A stretch of DNA of 64,000 bases. Origin: Phycisphaerales bacterium (GTDB lineage Bacteria > Planctomycetota > Phycisphaerae > Phycisphaerales > UBA1924). Numbering within the stretch: the first letter of the stretch is position 1; the number at the start of each line of letters is the position of its first letter. Below the pieces are notes generated by a model that did not search any database, was not told the DNA's origin, and saw nothing but the letters and a program-made list of their open reading frames with translations. The DNA lies in contig OZ245777.1 of assembly GCA_965227775.1 (NCBI GenBank), positions 1,376,001 to 1,440,000 of the forward strand. Direction: 5' to 3'. Position numbers and translations under genes: made by a program. Positions 17,424 through 27,229 of the stretch are shown here, piece by piece.

Positions 17424-18662
17424 TTAGGGCGAGTCCTTCGCTTCCTCCCCCGGTGGCAGCCCGAGTTCGCCGCCGTCGACCCACTCGTTTACTTGGCCGA
17501 TCATCTCGCTCAGGGACATGAAGAGCATGACGTGGTTCGTGGGATACGAGCGGCGGACGGGGGTGATCCCGCTCTGTTCGAAGCGGTCGACCATGAGAGC
17601 GCTGGTGGCGTACGGCACCGCCTTGTCGAAGGTGCCGTCGACGACGAGCACACGGGTATCGCCGTCGAACTGCGCGGCCGCGTGGTATCCGTCAAGGGTT
17701 GCGTGCCGCAGGTAGGCGTGCTCGAAGGCGGCGCGATCGGATTCGTCTTCGAAGTCGAAGAACACCGACTTGATGAATTGCTTCATGAAGGTGCTGTCGA
17801 TGCTGATGCTGGCGGCGTTGGCCCCGCCGGCGACGAGGACGGCGGTCTCGTAGGCCTCGGGATTACGCGCCACGACGGCGGGCAGCAGGATGGCCCCGCC
17901 GCTGAAGCCCAGGATGGCGCGGGGCTTGCCCTCGAGCCGGCCGTCGCGCTCGATCATGTGGCGGATGCCGGCTTCGACCGCGAACGCGCACTCGGCGGTG
18001 CGGTCGTCGGCGTGCGCTGCGAACGCGCGGCCTTCCTCCGCACCATCGCCCGCTGCCACATCAACCATGATCTGCTCGGTGAAGCGTGATGGCTGGCTGA
18101 GTAGTCGCAGCACGCTCCAGCCGCGGCTGCGCAGGTCCTGCGACCACTTCTCGTAGAGCTCGGGCGGGTAGCCGAAGGTGCCGGGGATGATGACCGCGAC
18201 GCCGCGCACGCCTTCGGTGGTTGCGGGTTCGCAGGCCATCCAGGTGCGCTCGATGCCGTACGAGTCCGGACGAAGCGACACGAAGGCGATGGTGTGGACG
18301 CCGCCCTCGGGCTGGGCGGCTGCATGGGCGGGCGAGATCTCGAACACGAGTGAGTTGCGCTGCTCGGGCTCGACCTCGCTTGCACGCATGCCGTTCGCTG
18401 CGTCGCCGGCGCGCTCCAGCAACGCGGCGGCGTGTTCCTCGGCGCCGGGCACGATCGGGCGATCCATGAAGAAGCCGACCTGGAAGGACTCGTAGCGGCG
18501 CGGCTCTCCGCCGAGCGGAATGACGATGCCCTTGGAGCCAAGCTCTTTCTCGAACGCGCGGGCGGGCCACGATGGCGCGAGGGTTGCGACGTCCGGATCT
18601 GGCCTTGACAGCGCTCCGGCAGCGGACGCCAGGATGACGAGGATGGCAAGCAGTCGGCTCAT
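17424..18662 (-). CDS. Secreted alpha/beta-hydrolase fold protein
   Basis: Signal peptide, nucleophile elbow GFSGG, DKAVP (Asp) and TNH (His). ATGA overlap with the galE stop. Confidence 0.8.
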   Translation of the reverse strand: MSRLLAILVILASAAGALSRPDPDVATLAPSWPARAFEKELGSKGIVIPLGGEPRRYESFQVGFFMDRPIVPGAEEHAAALLERAGDAANGMRASEVEPEQRNSLVFEISPAHAAAQPEGGVHTIAFVSLRPDSYGIERTWMACEPATTEGVRGVAVIIPGTFGYPPELYEKWSQDLRSRGWSVLRLLSQPSRFTEQIMVDVAAGDGAEEGRAFAAHADDRTAECAFAVEAGIRHMIERDGRLEGKPRAILGFSGGAILLPAVVARNPEAYETAVLVAGGANAASISIDSTFMKQFIKSVFFDFEDESDRAAFEHAYLRHATLDGYHAAAQFDGDTRVLVVDGTFDKAVPYATSALMVDRFEQSGITPVRRSYPTNHVMLFMSLSEMIGQVNEWVDGGELGLPPGEEAKDSP

Positions 18663-19675
18663 GATCCGTATCCTTCGGGGTTGGCCTTCATCCATTTCCA
18701 CGCTGACTCGATGATGGCGTCAAGTTCGGTGATCTCGGCCTTCCAGCCCAATTCCTGCTGCACCTTCGCGGGGTCGGCGTAGAGAGCGGGCGGATCGCCC
18801 GGGCGGCGAGGGCCGATCTCGGCGGGGATGGCGTGGCCGGTCACGCGGCGGCAGCTCTCGACGATGTCCTTTACCGAGTAGCCCTTGCCGATACCGAGGT
18901 TGTAGCGGCGAGCCTGGCCGTCCTGCAGCTCGCCCAGCACGCGGATGTGTGCGTCGACGAGGTCTTCGACGTGGATGTAGTCGCGGATGCACGTGCCGTC
19001 GGGCGTGTCGTAGTCGTCGCCAAAGATTGTGATGGCGTCACGCTTACCCAGGGCGACCTCGAGCACAATGGGGATGATGTGGCTGTGTGGGTCGTGGTCC
19101 TCGCCCAGCACTCCCGTGCGGTCGCAGCCGGCGACGTTGAAGTAGCGCAGAGCTGCAAGAGCGAAGGGCGACTCCTGGCGGTTTCGGCCCTCGAGGAAGT
19201 CGTCGAGCACGCGCTCGCCGTGCAGCTTGCTCGCGCCGTACGGGCTGACGGGGGCGAAGGGGGCGTCCTCGGTGACGGGCATGCTCGGGGGCTGGCCGTA
19301 GACGGCGCAGGTGCTGGAGAAGACCAGCCGCTTGACGCGCGCGTCGCGGATCGCCTCGAGTAGGGGCACGAGGCTGTTGTTGCGGTAATATTCCAGCGGG
19401 CGGACGACGCTCTCGCCCACGAGGCTGAGGGCGGCAAAGTGCAGCACCGCGTCGACGTGGTGGTGCATCATCAGGCGTTCGAGGTGGCTGCGATCGGTGG
19501 TGTCGCACTCCTCGAACGAAAATCGGTCTCCGCCGAGCTGCTCGAGGGCCTCGACGGCGCCGCGGTTGCCTCGCTGCATGTTGTCCAGGCCGACGACGGT
19601 CTGCCCGTCCTTCAAGAGCCGCTGCACCGCGTGTGAGCCGATGTATCCCGCCGCCCCGGTCACCAGAATCGCCAT
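18659..19675 (-). CDS. galE: UDP-glucose 4-epimerase
   Basis: TGAAGYIGSH, FSSTCAVYG, YGASK, LRYFNVAG and DGTCIRDYIHVEDL motifs; AGGAGG RBS. Confidence 0.96.
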   Translation of the reverse strand: MAILVTGAAGYIGSHAVQRLLKDGQTVVGLDNMQRGNRGAVEALEQLGGDRFSFEECDTTDRSHLERLMMHHHVDAVLHFAALSLVGESVVRPLEYYRNNSLVPLLEAIRDARVKRLVFSSTCAVYGQPPSMPVTEDAPFAPVSPYGASKLHGERVLDDFLEGRNRQESPFALAALRYFNVAGCDRTGVLGEDHDPHSHIIPIVLEVALGKRDAITIFGDDYDTPDGTCIRDYIHVEDLVDAHIRVLGELQDGQARRYNLGIGKGYSVKDIVESCRRVTGHAIPAEIGPRRPGDPPALYADPAKVQQELGWKAEITELDAIIESAWKWMKANPEGYGS

Positions 19676-19776
19676 CTTGCCTCCTATCGTGGACCCCGCC
19701 GCGGCCTCGTTCTCTTTGGCCGCCTCGTCGGGCCGATGGTAGAGCCGGCGGCCCGAGGGCCCAGGCGACTCCGAGC

Positions 19777-20817
19777 ATGAGCAGCGAACCAACGTCGAAT
19801 CAGCCAGTACCCCCGACCGAGCCGGGACATATTCCCGAGCCGCCGGCGCGGCTGCCGGTTTTCCGGCTGCTCGTGGGCGGGGCGCTCATGGGCCTCGCGA
19901 ACCTGGTGCCGGGCATCAGCGGCGGCACGATGCTGGTGGCCGCGGGTGTCTACCGGCGGTTCGTCGATGCCGTGAGTGATGCGACGCGGCTGCGGCTCTC
20001 GATGGCCACGATCGTGACGCTCGCGATCATCGTGGTCGGCGCGGGTGCCGCCATTGTCCTGGGAGCGCGGCCCGTGGCCTATGGGCTCGAGCATGCGCGG
20101 TGGGCGATGTACGCGCTCTTCATCGGGCTGACGATCGGGGGCGTGCCTTCGCTTTACGCGCTGGTCAGGCCGCTCACGCCGCGCAGCATTGGCTTTGCCG
20201 TGCTGGGACTGGTCCTCATGCTGGGCGTGGTGTTCGTGCAGGAGTCCCAGGCGGGCGCGGGCGGCGGCGGCGGGTCCAACTGGCTCATGCTGGGCATCGC
20301 CGGCGCGGCGGGTGCCGCGGCGATGGTGCTGCCGGGCGTGAGCGGGGCGTACCTGCTGTTGCTGCTTGGCCAGTACGAGGCCGTCGTGACGGCGATCAAG
20401 GACCTGGCCCGCGGCGACCTCTCGGTGATGTCAACGGTAATCCCCATCGGCGTGGGCGTGCTCGCGGGCATCGCCGTGGTGAGCAACGCGCTGCGGTGGT
20501 TGCTGCACCGCTACGAGAAGGCAACGCTGGCGGTGCTCCTGGGGCTGCTCATCGGCGCGCCGGCGGGGCTCTACCCGTTCCGCGAGGCGATCGAACCGAA
20601 GCCGGGCGACACGATCAACGGCGTGGTGCTGACCGAGCAGACCGTGGGCGACGTGGATCGCGAGGACTGGCCGACGCGGGCGTTCACGCCTGGGGCCGTC
20701 CAGATCGCCGCGTCACTTGGGCTTGTCGTCGTCGGCTGTGCCGCCACGATGGGCGTTGCTCGATTGGGGAGGCGCGGCGAACGCGGGGCGGAGCCAGCCG
20801 CCGAAGCGCGGGACTGA
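19777..20817 (+). CDS. DUF368 family membrane protein (undecaprenyl-phosphate translocase family)
   Basis: MGLANLVPGISGGT and AMVLPGVSGAYLLLLLGQY repeats. Confidence 0.92.
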   Translation: MSSEPTSNQPVPPTEPGHIPEPPARLPVFRLLVGGALMGLANLVPGISGGTMLVAAGVYRRFVDAVSDATRLRLSMATIVTLAIIVVGAGAAIVLGARPVAYGLEHARWAMYALFIGLTIGGVPSLYALVRPLTPRSIGFAVLGLVLMLGVVFVQESQAGAGGGGGSNWLMLGIAGAAGAAAMVLPGVSGAYLLLLLGQYEAVVTAIKDLARGDLSVMSTVIPIGVGVLAGIAVVSNALRWLLHRYEKATLAVLLGLLIGAPAGLYPFREAIEPKPGDTINGVVLTEQTVGDVDREDWPTRAFTPGAVQIAASLGLVVVGCAATMGVARLGRRGERGAEPAAEARD

Positions 20818-21912
20818 CTCGCCGAGCTTCTGCTTCTTCTTGGCGCGGGCGATGACGAACCCGAGCAACCCGAAGCCGCCGACGACCAGCGCGACGCTCA
20901 GCCATTGCCCGCGACTGAAGCCGAGCGGGCGCGCCACTGCGAACTGCACGTCGGGCAGGCGGTAGAACTCCGTCGCGATGCGGCCCAGGCCGTACACGAT
21001 CATCAGCCACGCCGTGACGACGCCGGCGATGCGCGGCTTGGCCCACACGACCAGCAGGGCGAATAGCAGCAGCGGCCCCTCCGCCACGGCCTGGTAGAGC
21101 TGGCTCGGGTGGCGGGCGTTCAGGAACGTCTCCATGAAGTTGCTCGCCTGCGCAGCCGTCGGGCCGCCGCCGCGCAGGTCGGCCAGCATGTCCTGGTACG
21201 CTGCCTGGAAGCGCTCCATGCCCTCGGGCGTGAGCAGCTCGAGGTAGCTCATGCCAACCGCCTCGGCGGCCAGCTGCATCTGCCGGTCGCTCACCTCGCC
21301 GGTGCCCGTGCGCGCGAGGATCTCCTGGGGGAACTGCACGCTCCACCATGGAAGCGTGGTGCCTTCTTCGTAGGGCGGGCTGGCGACGACCTTGCCGAGC
21401 AATTCACCGTTCACGAAGTTGGCCAGCCGCCCGCACATCAGGCCGATGGGCGCCGCCGTGCAGGCGAGGTCAACGAGGTGCGCCGTGGGCACGCGCGCGA
21501 GCTCTGGGAGGTTCTCCTTCGCGGCGCGCCGGCGGAGCAGCCATCCCAGCAGCACGAGCCCGAGCACCACGCCGACCATGCCGCCGTGGCTGGCCATGCC
21601 CCCGCGCGCGATGTTGAGCGCCGCCCACCAGGGGAAGCCGCCAGAAAACTCGGTCAGCAGCGACGGCTGGTACAGCAGCAGATAGCCGACCCGGCCGCCG
21701 ATGACCCCGCCGATGCCGCCGAAGAGCACGACGTCGCCGATCGCCGCCCCGGGGACGGGCGTCAGCCCCCGCCGGGCCGCGATGCGGAGCAGCACGTAGG
21801 CCAGCGCGAAGCCGAGCACGTAGGACACGCCGTACCAGTAGATGGTGGCCGGGCCCACGCGGAGTGCGACGGGGTCGAGATCGTGCAGCCAGGCGGCGAG
21901 CGTGGGCGTCAT
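20713..21912 (-). CDS. lgt: Prolipoprotein diacylglyceryl transferase
   Basis: IYWYG, GGMASHGG, GRLANFVNGELLG, RHPSQLYQA and EFYRLPD motifs. Confidence 0.95.
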   Translation of the reverse strand: MTPTLAAWLHDLDPVALRVGPATIYWYGVSYVLGFALAYVLLRIAARRGLTPVPGAAIGDVVLFGGIGGVIGGRVGYLLLYQPSLLTEFSGGFPWWAALNIARGGMASHGGMVGVVLGLVLLGWLLRRRAAKENLPELARVPTAHLVDLACTAAPIGLMCGRLANFVNGELLGKVVASPPYEEGTTLPWWSVQFPQEILARTGTGEVSDRQMQLAAEAVGMSYLELLTPEGMERFQAAYQDMLADLRGGGPTAAQASNFMETFLNARHPSQLYQAVAEGPLLLFALLVVWAKPRIAGVVTAWLMIVYGLGRIATEFYRLPDVQFAVARPLGFSRGQWLSVALVVGGFGLLGFVIARAKKKQKLGESVPRFGGWLRPAFAAPPQSSNAHRGGTADDDKPK

Positions 21913-21942
21913 GCCCCGAGTGTAGTGTGGCCGCAGCCTCCC

Positions 21943-22623
21943 TCAGCAGCTCCGGTCGAACCGGTTCTGGAACGCCAGGAAGTCAAACACCGTCAGCTCG
22001 CCGTCGAAGTCGAAGTCGGCGATGGCCTCGCCTGCGTCGAACGCGTTCAGAAACGCGAGATAGTCGCCGATCGTGAGCACGCCGTCGCCGTCGAGGTCGG
22101 CGCGGCAGGGGACCACGCGAATGGTCGCGTCGCCCTCGACCAGCTCGTCGAGACGCGACTCGGGCGGCGGGCAGCCCCAGCCGTGGATCTCGTACTGCGT
22201 GGTCAGCGTGGATACATGGATCTCGAGTGGGAAGGCGGTGTCGGGCGCCGTGAAGGTGACCCGCCAGAAGCGGACGGGATCGGGCTGGGGCCACTGGCAG
22301 TCGGCGCACGGCAGGCACAGCGAGCCCGCGAGGATGCCCTCGATGCCCGCGGTGGTGCGTTCGCCGGCCGACGTACCCGGTCCGTCGAGGAAGACGAGTT
22401 CCTGGTCGCGGAACTCGCCGTACAGGCCGGTCAGCAGGCTCGTTTGGATGATCGAGGGCAGCCAGTATCGCCTGTCGTTGTACCACGCCCACAGCTCGAC
22501 CGTCGCCGACTCGCCCGACTCGAGGATCGGGCGATCGACGCGGAGTTCCATGCGGTAGGGGTCCGCTTGGGCGTGGGCCAACGCGGACACGGAGAACGCG
22601 AGCACGATCGCGGACCTCATCAT
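21943..22623 (-). CDS. Secreted protein with C-terminal GC-type dockerin-like module
   Basis: Signal peptide and a C-terminal CRADLDGDGVLTIGDYLAF...ADFDFDGELTVFDFLAFQNRFDRSC. Confidence 0.85.
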   Translation of the reverse strand: MMRSAIVLAFSVSALAHAQADPYRMELRVDRPILESGESATVELWAWYNDRRYWLPSIIQTSLLTGLYGEFRDQELVFLDGPGTSAGERTTAGIEGILAGSLCLPCADCQWPQPDPVRFWRVTFTAPDTAFPLEIHVSTLTTQYEIHGWGCPPPESRLDELVEGDATIRVVPCRADLDGDGVLTIGDYLAFLNAFDAGEAIADFDFDGELTVFDFLAFQNRFDRSC

Positions 22624-22665
22624 GCGTGTGTTATACCCCAGGCCGCGCCGTACGCGATGGCGTTT

Positions 22666-23544
22666 TCACGCCAGCAGCAGCGAACCGGCCTCGCGGATGC
22701 TCTGCAACGCGACGCGGCGCATGTGCGCCTCGCGGTCGGGGTCGAGCCTCCACCGGCCCATGAACCGCTGCGCGCCCGAGGCGACGTAGATCTGCCACAG
22801 CGCGAGGTGATTGGGATCAACGGGCATGTGCGCTTGGTACGCCTCAAGAAATCGGGCCGCGCCACCGACGCCGTGGTCGTATCGCAGCTCGAGGCACGCG
22901 CCGGCGACGTCGCTCATGGGGTCGCCGATGGCGGCGTCTTCCCAATCGAGGATCGCGGCGATGCGCCCATCGCGCCAGAGCACGTTGCCGGGCCAGAAGT
23001 CGCCGTGCAGGAGCGTTGCGGCACCTGTGAACGCGGAGTTGGCCTGGCGTTGGAGCCAGACTCGCAGCGCGTGCCACTCCTCGCCATTGGGTAGGAAGCC
23101 GATCGTGTCGGGGAAGGGATCGCAGCGCTCGGGCAGCGCCGGGAGTGAGCGCGGGGGAAGGGCGTGGATCGATGCGAGCGCCTCGGCCATGGCGTCGATA
23201 CAGCGACTGGCTTCCACGATGTCCGTCGTCCCTTCGACGAACGGCATCAGCACGCACGGCCGATCCAGCAATCGGCCGTCGGCATCGACACCGATCGGCC
23301 GCGGCACGGGCACGCCGGCGTCATAGACGGCGCGAAGGAGCGCGAACTCGCGATCGGCCGAGAGCGCGTGTGGGTCGTCTCCATGCACGCGAAGCACGAC
23401 CGTGGACTTCGAGCCGTCTCCCAAGGAGAGGTCGAGGTGATGGACCTGCGCGCTGACGCCGCCGGTGAGGGGCTGGGCGCCGTGCAGCGTGGCGCCGGGA
23501 AAGAAGTGGCGGACCACGAGTTCGAAGTCCGGGCCGGCACCCAT
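22666..23544 (-). CDS. Aminoglycoside-phosphotransferase (APH/choline kinase)-like protein
   Basis: LTGGVS, VPVPRP, HGDFWPGN and LDWE motifs. Confidence 0.88.
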   Translation of the reverse strand: MGAGPDFELVVRHFFPGATLHGAQPLTGGVSAQVHHLDLSLGDGSKSTVVLRVHGDDPHALSADREFALLRAVYDAGVPVPRPIGVDADGRLLDRPCVLMPFVEGTTDIVEASRCIDAMAEALASIHALPPRSLPALPERCDPFPDTIGFLPNGEEWHALRVWLQRQANSAFTGAATLLHGDFWPGNVLWRDGRIAAILDWEDAAIGDPMSDVAGACLELRYDHGVGGAARFLEAYQAHMPVDPNHLALWQIYVASGAQRFMGRWRLDPDREAHMRRVALQSIREAGSLLLA

Positions 23545-23546
23545 GC

Positions 23547-24437
23547 TCAGGCCATGCACGCGCGCAGCCTTGCGGCCTTCGAGATGACGGCGGCCGCTTC
23601 CCCGACCGGCAGTTGCGTGGCGCCGTCACTCCAGGCCTTGCTTGGCTCGGGGTGGCTCTCGATAAACAGCGCGTGCACGCCCGCGGCGACGGCGGCCAGC
23701 GCGAGCATGCCGCTGCGCTCTGGGCGGCCGCCGGTTTGCTCGCCCGAGCCGGGGAGCTGTGTGCTGTGCGTCGCATCGAAGCAGATGGGCGCGGGGCCAC
23801 GGTCGCAGAAGGCGCTGCGGTCGAGCTCCATCATGTCGCCGATGCCGATGAAATCGTTGACGAGGCGGTGGTAGCCGAAGAAGGTGCCGCGCTCGGTGAG
23901 CATGGCGTTGTCGCAGCCGGCCTCGTGCAGCTTCTTGATCGGGCCCATCATCTCTTTGGGGCTCAGGAACTGGCCCTTCTTCACGTTGACCACGGCACCC
24001 TCGGGCGCGGCGGCGCGGGCGGCGGCTTCGAGCAGGTCGCTCTGCCGGCACAGGAATGCGGGGATCTGGATGATGCTGGCGACCTCGGCAACCTTCGCCG
24101 CCTGCTCGGGCAGGTGGATGTCGGTGGTGACCGGGCAGCCGAGCTCGGCGCCGATGTCGGCGAGCCACGTCAGCCCCTCCCCGAGCCCCGGACCGCGGGG
24201 TGAGCTGGCGCTGGATCGGTTCGCCTTATCGAAGCTGGCCTTAAAGACGTACGGCAGGCCGGCGTCGTCGCAAACCTCCTTCAGTGCGCACCCGATCGAG
24301 AGGCCGAGATCCTTGCTCTCCAGCGTGCATGGTCCGGCGATGACCACGAGCGGGTGACCCGGGCCGACCGGGATCGGCGAGCCGTGGGGGTTGGGGACGA
24401 CGCAAGGGGCCGAGTGGGGGGCTTGTCCGGATGCCAT
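23547..24437 (-). CDS. kdsA: 3-deoxy-8-phosphooctulonate (KDO8P) synthase
   Basis: IAGPC, FKASFDKANRSS, QIPAFLCRQ, KKGQFLSP and DATHS motifs. Confidence 0.96.
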   Translation of the reverse strand: MASGQAPHSAPCVVPNPHGSPIPVGPGHPLVVIAGPCTLESKDLGLSIGCALKEVCDDAGLPYVFKASFDKANRSSASSPRGPGLGEGLTWLADIGAELGCPVTTDIHLPEQAAKVAEVASIIQIPAFLCRQSDLLEAAARAAAPEGAVVNVKKGQFLSPKEMMGPIKKLHEAGCDNAMLTERGTFFGYHRLVNDFIGIGDMMELDRSAFCDRGPAPICFDATHSTQLPGSGEQTGGRPERSGMLALAAVAAGVHALFIESHPEPSKAWSDGATQLPVGEAAAVISKAARLRACMA

Positions 24438-24470
24438 CGCGGATGGTACGGCCTGTACGTACACTGGCCC

Positions 24471-25340
24471 GTGCTCCGCCTGACCGATGTCCGCAAGCGC
24501 TTCGGCCGCGTCACCGCGGTGGATGGCCTGTCATTGGACATCGCCGCCGGCGAGGTGATGGGCCTACTAGGCCCCAATGGCGCGGGCAAGACGACCACGA
24601 TCGGCATGGCCGTCGGTCTGCTGCACCCCGATAGCGGCACGGTCACGCTTGGCGAGGGCGAGAATGGCGGTTTGGGCAGCCCGGCCGACCCGCGGATGCG
24701 GATGCTCATCGGCGTGGCTCCGCAGGAGATCGCGCTGTACGAGGCCATGACGGCGCGCGAGAACCTGGTGTTGTTTTCGCGGCTGCATGGGCTGGGTCGG
24801 AATGACGCGAAGCAGCGAGCCAATGAGCTGCTTGATCGCGTGGGCCTTGCAGATCGCGCGCACCATCGGGTTGCAGGCTTCTCAGGCGGCATGAAGCGGC
24901 GGTTGAACCTGGCCGCGGCCCTCGTCGGCGAGCCGAAGCTGGTACTGCTCGACGAGCCGACCGCCGGCGTCGATCCGCAGTCTCGCAACGCGATCTTCGA
25001 CATGGTGGCCCAGCTCAAGGACGCGGGTGTTACGGTGCTCTTCAGCACGCACTACATGGAAGAGGCCGCCCGGCTGTGCGACCGTGTCGCGATCGTCGAC
25101 CATGGTCGGCTGCTCGCGCTAGGCACGGTGGGCGAGCTGATTGAGACCCACGGCGGGCCGAGCATGGTGGTGGTGCGCCGCCACGGGCAGGATGAGGAAC
25201 GCACGGCGACGACAGCGCCGCTGGACGAGCTCTCGAGGCTGATCGCCGACCATGGCCCGACGATCGCCGAGCTGCGCGTCGAAACACCCGATCTGGAGGC
25301 CGTGTTCTTGACCCTGACCGGGCGGGAGCACCGGCATTGA
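24471..25340 (+). CDS. ABC-2 type exporter ATP-binding subunit
   Basis: GPNGAGKTT, FSGGMKRRLN, DEPTAGVDPQSR and THYMEEA motifs. Confidence 0.93.
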   Translation: MLRLTDVRKRFGRVTAVDGLSLDIAAGEVMGLLGPNGAGKTTTIGMAVGLLHPDSGTVTLGEGENGGLGSPADPRMRMLIGVAPQEIALYEAMTARENLVLFSRLHGLGRNDAKQRANELLDRVGLADRAHHRVAGFSGGMKRRLNLAAALVGEPKLVLLDEPTAGVDPQSRNAIFDMVAQLKDAGVTVLFSTHYMEEAARLCDRVAIVDHGRLLALGTVGELIETHGGPSMVVVRRHGQDEERTATTAPLDELSRLIADHGPTIAELRVETPDLEAVFLTLTGREHRH

Positions 25341-26644
25341 AGGGTGTGTTGGCTGGAGTTCGCGTGGTACTGGTGCTGGCGGCAAAGGACGTGCGCCTGC
25401 TTTCGCGCGATCGCGTGGCGCTGTTCTTCACGCTTGTCTTCCCGCTGCTCTTCGGCATCCTGTTCGGCGCCGTGTTTAGTGGGTCGGCGGCCGGAGACGG
25501 ACCGCGTGCGCTCGATGTGGCGATCGTCGATCTGGATGGATCGAACGATTCGCGGGGGATCGTTGCGCGGCTGAGTGAGGGGGATCAGCTCTCTCCGGTA
25601 CCGGTCGAGACGGCGGCGGAGGCACGCGAACTCGTGCGCACGGGAGTGGTCGAGGCATACTTCGTGTTCCCCGAGGGCTTCGGCGAGGCGGCGACCATGC
25701 CCTTTGGCGGCACGCCCATGCGTGTCGAGATTGGCAGCGGGCCGAGCGGCCGTGGCACGCGCGCCATGCTCACCGGCATTGCAACTCAGGCGGTGTTCGA
25801 GCAGTTTGGCGAAGGCATGCTCGACCCCGAGCGTTCGCGGCAGATGGTGCGTGAGGCGCGAGACTTGCTCGCGGATGCTGATGGCGTCGACCCGGCCCAG
25901 CGGCTGGCGATCCAGGCGTTGCTCGGCGCGGCCGAGGGCGCGATCGCACAGACCCCCGCAGACGGCGGCGGTGGAGCTGGCGCGGGCTTCAACATCGTCG
26001 ACATCGACGAGGTCGAGGTGACGGCGGGCACCGATGCGAAGGTGGTCAGTTCGTTTGCAATAAGCTTCCCGCAGGCGATGCTCTGGGGCGTGATGGGCTG
26101 CGCGGCAGTTTTTGGCGTGTCGCTGGTGACCGAGCGGAGCGGCGGCACGCTGACGCGGCTTCGCGTCGCGCCGATCGGCCGATGGCACATCGTGCTGGGC
26201 AAGGCGGTCGCGTGCCTCGCGACAACGCTGGCCGTGTGCGCGGTGATGCTGGCGGTGGCCTGGATTGCCTTCGGCGTGCGCCCGGTCGCGCTCGGAACGC
26301 TCGTGGTTGGTGTGCTGGCGGTCGCGTTCTGCTTCGTGGGCGTGATGATGCTGCTGTCTGTCATCGCGCGAACGGAGGCGGCCGCGAGCGGGCTTGGCTG
26401 GGCGTGCTTGCTGACCTTGGCAATGATCGGCGGCGGCGCCATCCCGCTGGCGTTCATGCCGCCCTGGCTGCGGGAGATCGGGCACGTGAGCCCGGTGAAG
26501 TGGGGCATCCTGGCAATCGAGGGCGGTTTGTGGCGCGGGTTAAGCGCTGCAGAGATGATGCTTCCCGTTGGCTTGCTGGTCGTGATGGGCGCGACGGCCT
26601 TTGCGGTCGGTGCCGTGGTGTTCGCCAAGAGAGAGAACAGGTAG
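25337..26644 (+). CDS. ABC-2 type exporter permease
   Basis: AKDVRLLSRDR, a large periplasmic loop, ERSGGTLTRLRVAP and PPWLREIGHVSP. Confidence 0.9.
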   Translation: MKGVLAGVRVVLVLAAKDVRLLSRDRVALFFTLVFPLLFGILFGAVFSGSAAGDGPRALDVAIVDLDGSNDSRGIVARLSEGDQLSPVPVETAAEARELVRTGVVEAYFVFPEGFGEAATMPFGGTPMRVEIGSGPSGRGTRAMLTGIATQAVFEQFGEGMLDPERSRQMVREARDLLADADGVDPAQRLAIQALLGAAEGAIAQTPADGGGGAGAGFNIVDIDEVEVTAGTDAKVVSSFAISFPQAMLWGVMGCAAVFGVSLVTERSGGTLTRLRVAPIGRWHIVLGKAVACLATTLAVCAVMLAVAWIAFGVRPVALGTLVVGVLAVAFCFVGVMMLLSVIARTEAAASGLGWACLLTLAMIGGGAIPLAFMPPWLREIGHVSPVKWGILAIEGGLWRGLSAAEMMLPVGLLVVMGATAFAVGAVVFAKRENR

Positions 26645-26653
26645 GATCGAAGC

Positions 26654-27199
26654 ATGACACAACAACCGAACGGAGAGTTTCTCGCGCACAATGTCCTGCA
26701 CACCGAGGCGCTCTTCGAGCGTTTTCTCGCCGGGTTCGATGAGTCGAACCGCACGAAGCAGGCGCCGGCCATGCCCAATCACGCCGCGTGGACACTTGGA
26801 CACCTAGCGCTGACGGCGCACCGTTGCGTTGATCGCGTGCTGGGGCTCGATGGGCCGGGCGAGTTGCCTCCAGAGTCGTTCGTGCCGGGCGATCGGGGCG
26901 ATGCGGCGCGTGTCGCGACCGAGAGCGTCGCGTTTGGATCCGTGCCGACCGACGATCCCGATCGTTACCCATCCTTCGCGCGATCGGTCGAGATCATGCA
27001 CGACGCACACCAGCGGCTGGCGACGGAGCTGAGGAAAGCAGGCGCGGCGGCGCTCGCACGGCAGACGCCATGGGGAACGGGGCAGACCACCGTGTCGGAC
27101 CTGGCGCTGCGGATGGGATTCCACATCGCAACGCACTGCGGACAGATCGTGGACCTGCGACGGGGGTTGGGGTTCGAGCCTGTCCTTGGGAAGCGCTAG
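26654..27199 (+). CDS. DinB/YfiT superfamily protein
   Basis: NHAAWTLGHL and FHIATHCGQI His motifs. Confidence 0.85.
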   Translation: MTQQPNGEFLAHNVLHTEALFERFLAGFDESNRTKQAPAMPNHAAWTLGHLALTAHRCVDRVLGLDGPGELPPESFVPGDRGDAARVATESVAFGSVPTDDPDRYPSFARSVEIMHDAHQRLATELRKAGAAALARQTPWGTGQTTVSDLALRMGFHIATHCGQIVDLRRGLGFEPVLGKR

Positions 27200-27229
27200 C
27201 CTGAGCGAGACGAACGAAAGGGGGTCGGC

